Assembly: GCF_002633015.1 (NCBI RefSeq)
Contig: NZ_NSIU01000011.1
Location: forward strand, 5,184 to 69,183
Length of the DNA: 64,000 nucleotides
From: Sulfuricurvum sp. PD_MW2
Lineage (GTDB): Bacteria > Campylobacterota > Campylobacteria > Campylobacterales > Sulfurimonadaceae
Reading direction: 5' to 3'
How positions within the stretch are numbered: the stretch's first letter is position 1; each line of letters starts with the position of its first letter. Positions 60,710 through 64,000 of this stretch are shown here, in pieces. Made by a program: the position numbers and the translations under genes. The notes beneath the pieces are model-generated. The model was given only the letters and a program-made list of their open reading frames with translations, made no database searches and had not been told where the DNA came from.

Positions 60710-61178
60710 AAGAGACCTTTCGTTGATTTAAAAATTTTCCAAGCGCTTCTTCCCCGGCTCTGATCCCACCGCGTCGCTCCGCTTCCAACAACGAACGATA
60801 GATCGGTTTAATCTGATCCAATGCGCTATGGGTCGGTTTGCGTCGAACGGAGTGGTAGGCGATCAATTGATTTTGATCGTTCATACTTGGTGTAACGTGC
60901 GCCATAACCCAATAATAATTCTCTTGCTTTGTCTTATTGAGGACATATGCAAATACTTCTTCTTTGTTTTTGATTTTGTCCCATAAAAACTTGAAGACAC
61001 TGGCTGGCATATCTGGATGACGAAGAATATTATGCGGTTTTCCCAATAACTCAGATTCCGTATAGCCCGACATGGAAATAAATACTTCGTTACCGTAAAT
61101 AATTTTTCCGGCTAAATCGGTCTTTGAGACGATAAACTCTTTTTCATCAAACGTCAGCTCCATTCCTGCCATATGCAC
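60684..61178 (-). CDS. Stand-alone Aer-type PAS protein (CetB-like)
   Basis: [32 protein letters not shown]. Confidence 0.9.
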   Translation of the reverse strand: MHMAGMELTFDEKEFIVSKTDLAGKIIYGNEVFISMSGYTESELLGKPHNILRHPDMPASVFKFLWDKIKNKEEVFAYVLNKTKQENYYWVMAHVTPSMNDQNQLIAYHSVRRKPTHSALDQIKPIYRSLLEAERRGGIRAGEEALGKFLNQRKVSYEEFILSL

Positions 61179-61202
61179 TCACCTTATATATCATTTGTTG
61201 AA

Positions 61203-61236
61203 ATTATGAATGGTTAGTGTTGCATTTGTGTGGCAA
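61203..61236 (-). promoter_or_regulatory. TGCAAC direct-repeat promoter, site 10
   Basis: ttgccac-acaa-atgcaac, 10 nt, CATAAT. Confidence 0.72.
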
Positions 61237-61249
61237 TTTTCGTCTCTTC

Positions 61250-62020
61250 TTACTCCTTATCCAAACCATAGAGTGTTTTGCACTGTTCCATCCCACCCTC
61301 GACATTTTCAAACCATTCTAAAAAGCGAGCGGCATTTTCACCGTGAAACAGTGATCCATGCTGCGGAGCGATCGTCATGACATCCACACGGCGTACACAC
61401 TCTACCCAGGCACGACAAAAGAGATTCGATGCCATATAACGGTGATGAAACCCTTCTAAAAACGGCCGATGCTCTTCAAAATCATCCACTTTTTTGTTGA
61501 GATTTTGGGGAGAGGCGATAGCAGCTCCGATGTCACCGGAAAAGAGGATCTTTGAGCGGCTGTCATAGAGAGAAAAATTTCCCGGAGAATGCAAAAAGTG
61601 CGCAGGAATAAATCGCAGATAATCGTTTCCAAACGAGATTTGAGCCCCGTGATCTTCCAACCCTACAATCCGATTCATATCCATCAATCCGTAGTGTCCC
61701 ATAAAGCGAACCCACAGATTGGAAATAACCAATTTTGCCGATGTCGCAACACTCCACTGCGCAATCGCTCCGGCAACGTCAGGATCTTGGTGCGAGAAAA
61801 AAATGTATTTGATTTTATCAGGATTGATATGGCGTGAGATCGCTTCATAGAGTTCGCTAAAAATCGACTCGCTCCCCGGATCGATCAATACGGCACTATC
61901 ATTTTGGATAATCAAAAATTGATTGACCGACAACGAGTGTTCGGCATGTTCCTCATCTTCAAGACTAAACATAATACACTTATGGTGGGTATCATCAAAC
62001 AAGAGTGTTTCAGTGTTCAT
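61250..62020 (-). CDS. ODP-like oxygen-binding di-iron protein (metallo-beta-lactamase fold)
   Basis: VNQFLI, LIDPG, SHQDPD, PAHFLHSPGN, FSGDIG, APQHG; start at MNTETL (62020). Confidence 0.85.
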   Translation of the reverse strand: MNTETLLFDDTHHKCIMFSLEDEEHAEHSLSVNQFLIIQNDSAVLIDPGSESIFSELYEAISRHINPDKIKYIFFSHQDPDVAGAIAQWSVATSAKLVISNLWVRFMGHYGLMDMNRIVGLEDHGAQISFGNDYLRFIPAHFLHSPGNFSLYDSRSKILFSGDIGAAIASPQNLNKKVDDFEEHRPFLEGFHHRYMASNLFCRAWVECVRRVDVMTIAPQHGSLFHGENAARFLEWFENVEGGMEQCKTLYGLDKE

Positions 62021-63527
62021 ACTGTATTCCTTTAAATTCACGAATTAAAATCATTTGCCGCTTGGCAATGTAATCGATCATATTTTTTTTCGCCTCCCCT
62101 CGAAGATCATAGATAAACACGACTTCGAATCGGTGATTCACCTCATCGATACGCAGTACCTCTGCCGTTGTATTGATAATGATCGGACGAAGCGCCGTTG
62201 TGATCACAATATCCAAGATAACCGAATGTTTCACCGAAAAACCGGCCGGCAACGATAGCACCTGCACCCGAATCCCTGCCATCGATACATCCATAATCTC
62301 CATATCGATATCAAATTTTCGATCTTCGTAGAGCATTGTCAATTGTATATTTTTATCGGGAGTGACACGTATCGACTCCCTGCGTGTAGGAGAGGTCTCT
62401 ACCAAACGGTAATGGTTGAAGATAATACTTTGGGAGTCAAAATCGATCTGTCGGATCCCCTCTGCCAAAATTGCCATCGGAAAGAGCTCTGATGTGAGAT
62501 AAAAGAGGTTTTCGTATTGGATCGCTTTGAGCTGAACATAGGGACTTTTCATACTGACCGATCGTCCATCCACACTCACTACCAAACCGTCATTGACAAT
62601 ACTGAGCCCCTTATAGAGATTATGGACTTTGATTTTAGCGCCGCTTCGCATCGCCATCTCGAGTAACGCTTTGACCGTTTTTTCATCTTTGAGCAATGAT
62701 TCGCGTTCCGTCGCATCGGAATCATAGATTTTTAACAATCCCAATTCGGTCACATCATTCAACGATAGGACCGAATACCCCTCTTTTTCAGGGATTTTTT
62801 GAAATGTTAGAATGAAATGGTGAGATGTCTCTTCATTATCGGCGATTTTAACATTGAAAAGATGCCCCGGATGTGCCGAAATATGTTCAAACCATCGCAT
62901 CGTGTCATGATCGTAGACAAAACTCTTATGTTCTAGGAGAATTTCACCAAACGACTGAAACCGCTTACGGAGTGCTTCTATATTCTTCACACCGAAAAAA
63001 TCGAGCGTCGGCTGATTGGCGATAACAACGTTGCGTTCATGGAGCAAAAACACCAGATTATTCTGATAGTTGAAGACGGCATGGAGATTGGCGTTAAATA
63101 TTTTACGATGGAATGATTCTATCAACACTTCAGAACAGCGGGTAAATGTTGCAATCAGTTCATCAATTTTGAGCGGTTTGATGAGATAATCAAAGACTCT
63201 GATTTTTATCGATTGATGGAGCAATGAGGGTTCATCATGTGCGGAGGTGATGATAATAATGACCTCAGGATCGATCTCATGAATCAGTTCAGACATCCTT
63301 AGCCCATCGATCTTTGGCATACCGATATCCGTAATAATCACCTGAGGTCGATATTTTTCAAACATCTGCAACCCCTGAGATCCATCATATGCAGACATGA
63401 CCGTACCAAAAAACTTTTTACAAAGCGTTGTCGCCTGCGCATTTAACGCCACATTATCATCGACATACAAGAGGGTATAGGTGTGAAGTGCCAAGCGAAG
63501 CTGTTTTAACACATTCGGATCAGCCAT
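62010..63527 (-). CDS. Response regulator with C-terminal PilZ-like domain
   Basis: Receiver (TDIGMP), RRESIR and DVSMAG PilZ-type motifs; ATG at 63527 (the track starts at TTG 63590). Confidence 0.8.
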   Translation of the reverse strand: MADPNVLKQLRLALHTYTLLYVDDNVALNAQATTLCKKFFGTVMSAYDGSQGLQMFEKYRPQVIITDIGMPKIDGLRMSELIHEIDPEVIIIITSAHDEPSLLHQSIKIRVFDYLIKPLKIDELIATFTRCSEVLIESFHRKIFNANLHAVFNYQNNLVFLLHERNVVIANQPTLDFFGVKNIEALRKRFQSFGEILLEHKSFVYDHDTMRWFEHISAHPGHLFNVKIADNEETSHHFILTFQKIPEKEGYSVLSLNDVTELGLLKIYDSDATERESLLKDEKTVKALLEMAMRSGAKIKVHNLYKGLSIVNDGLVVSVDGRSVSMKSPYVQLKAIQYENLFYLTSELFPMAILAEGIRQIDFDSQSIIFNHYRLVETSPTRRESIRVTPDKNIQLTMLYEDRKFDIDMEIMDVSMAGIRVQVLSLPAGFSVKHSVILDIVITTALRPIIINTTAEVLRIDEVNHRFEVVFIYDLRGEAKKNMIDYIAKRQMILIREFKGIQYEH

Positions 63528-63534
63528 ACTTTTT

Positions 63535-63542
63535 CCCCCCCC
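63535..63542 (-). repeat. G8 homopolymer just upstream of the REC-PilZ ATG
   Basis: C8 on the plus strand at 63535-63542. Confidence 0.8.
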
Positions 63543-63664
63543 TCTAATTTTGTGAAGCAGAGTAACGAAACTAATCTTAAATTTGGTCAAAAAATTCTCA
63601 TTGAACTCCTTGTTTTTTTAAGTATACTAACTGAATTAAAACCTATAAAAAAGGGGGATAACAC

Positions 63665-63793
63665 ATGGATACTTTTTCACTGTTATTCGGTGGAGTCTGT
63701 CTCTTGATCTTATTTGCATTATTTGTGACCCGAAAATCCGAAGAAGTTAGACACGACGAAGAAAAAAACGGAAAATGTGAGGATATGATCTAG
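63665..63793 (+). CDS. Small 42-aa single-TM protein
   Basis: SD AAGGGGGA; MDTFSLLFGGVCLLILFALFVTRKSEEVRHDEEKNGKCEDMI; below the ORF-track cutoff. Confidence 0.5.
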   Translation: MDTFSLLFGGVCLLILFALFVTRKSEEVRHDEEKNGKCEDMI

Positions 63794-63799
63794 CACGCT

Positions 63800-64000
63800 A
63801 TGAATGTACAGCCAGACAATGATGAGCTTTTAACGTTATTGAAATCTGCTTTAACCAATGCCTACGCACTGGGACGTTATGACGAAGCAGAAAAATTTCT
63901 CCGCATGATCCTCACAATCCAGCCGGACTCTATCGATGCCTATAACGATTTGGGGATTATTCTCAAAGTGTTAGCACGCCCCGATGAAGCGATCGAGGTC
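63800..64000 (+). CDS. TPR-repeat protein (runs off the right edge)
   Basis: Manual translation: AYALGRYDEAEKFLRMILTIQPDSIDAYNDLGIILKVLARPDEAIE. Confidence 0.8.
   Translation, partial: MNVQPDNDELLTLLKSALTNAYALGRYDEAEKFLRMILTIQPDSIDAYNDLGIILKVLARPDEAIEV

Overview
A signal-transduction-dense, AT-rich chromosomal window. The gene style (AHQWRQP kinases, a CbrR-like regulator, CetB-like PAS proteins) suggests a free-living Campylobacterota such as Sulfuricurvum or Sulfurimonas; this is inference. It holds a complete second chemosensory operon (cheZ-like, cheY, cheA, cheW, cheR, cheD, cheB), five chemoreceptors, three stand-alone Aer-type PAS proteins, an ODP-like di-iron sensor, six other histidine kinases, many GGDEF/EAL/HD-GYP/PilZ proteins, a few housekeeping genes and tRNA-Gly(TCC). 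I saw no CRISPR array, integrase or transposase. Main observations: (1) ten copies of an unfamiliar promoter element, a 7-4-7 direct repeat (wTGCAAC-N4-wTGCmAC) 10 nt upstream of a -10 box, always pointing at chemosensory or signalling genes, which suggests a regulon with a candidate OmpR-type regulator inside it; (2) a tightly coupled cassette of a Tes/GDGT-MAS-like radical SAM enzyme, an Lgt paralogue and a lipoprotein; (3) a bacterial protein resembling metazoan NUDT16; (4) an SCO protein coupled to a His-rich membrane kinase and an HD-GYP regulator. Two genes are split by apparent single-base insertions. All calls are motif recognition by eye; no database searches were run.
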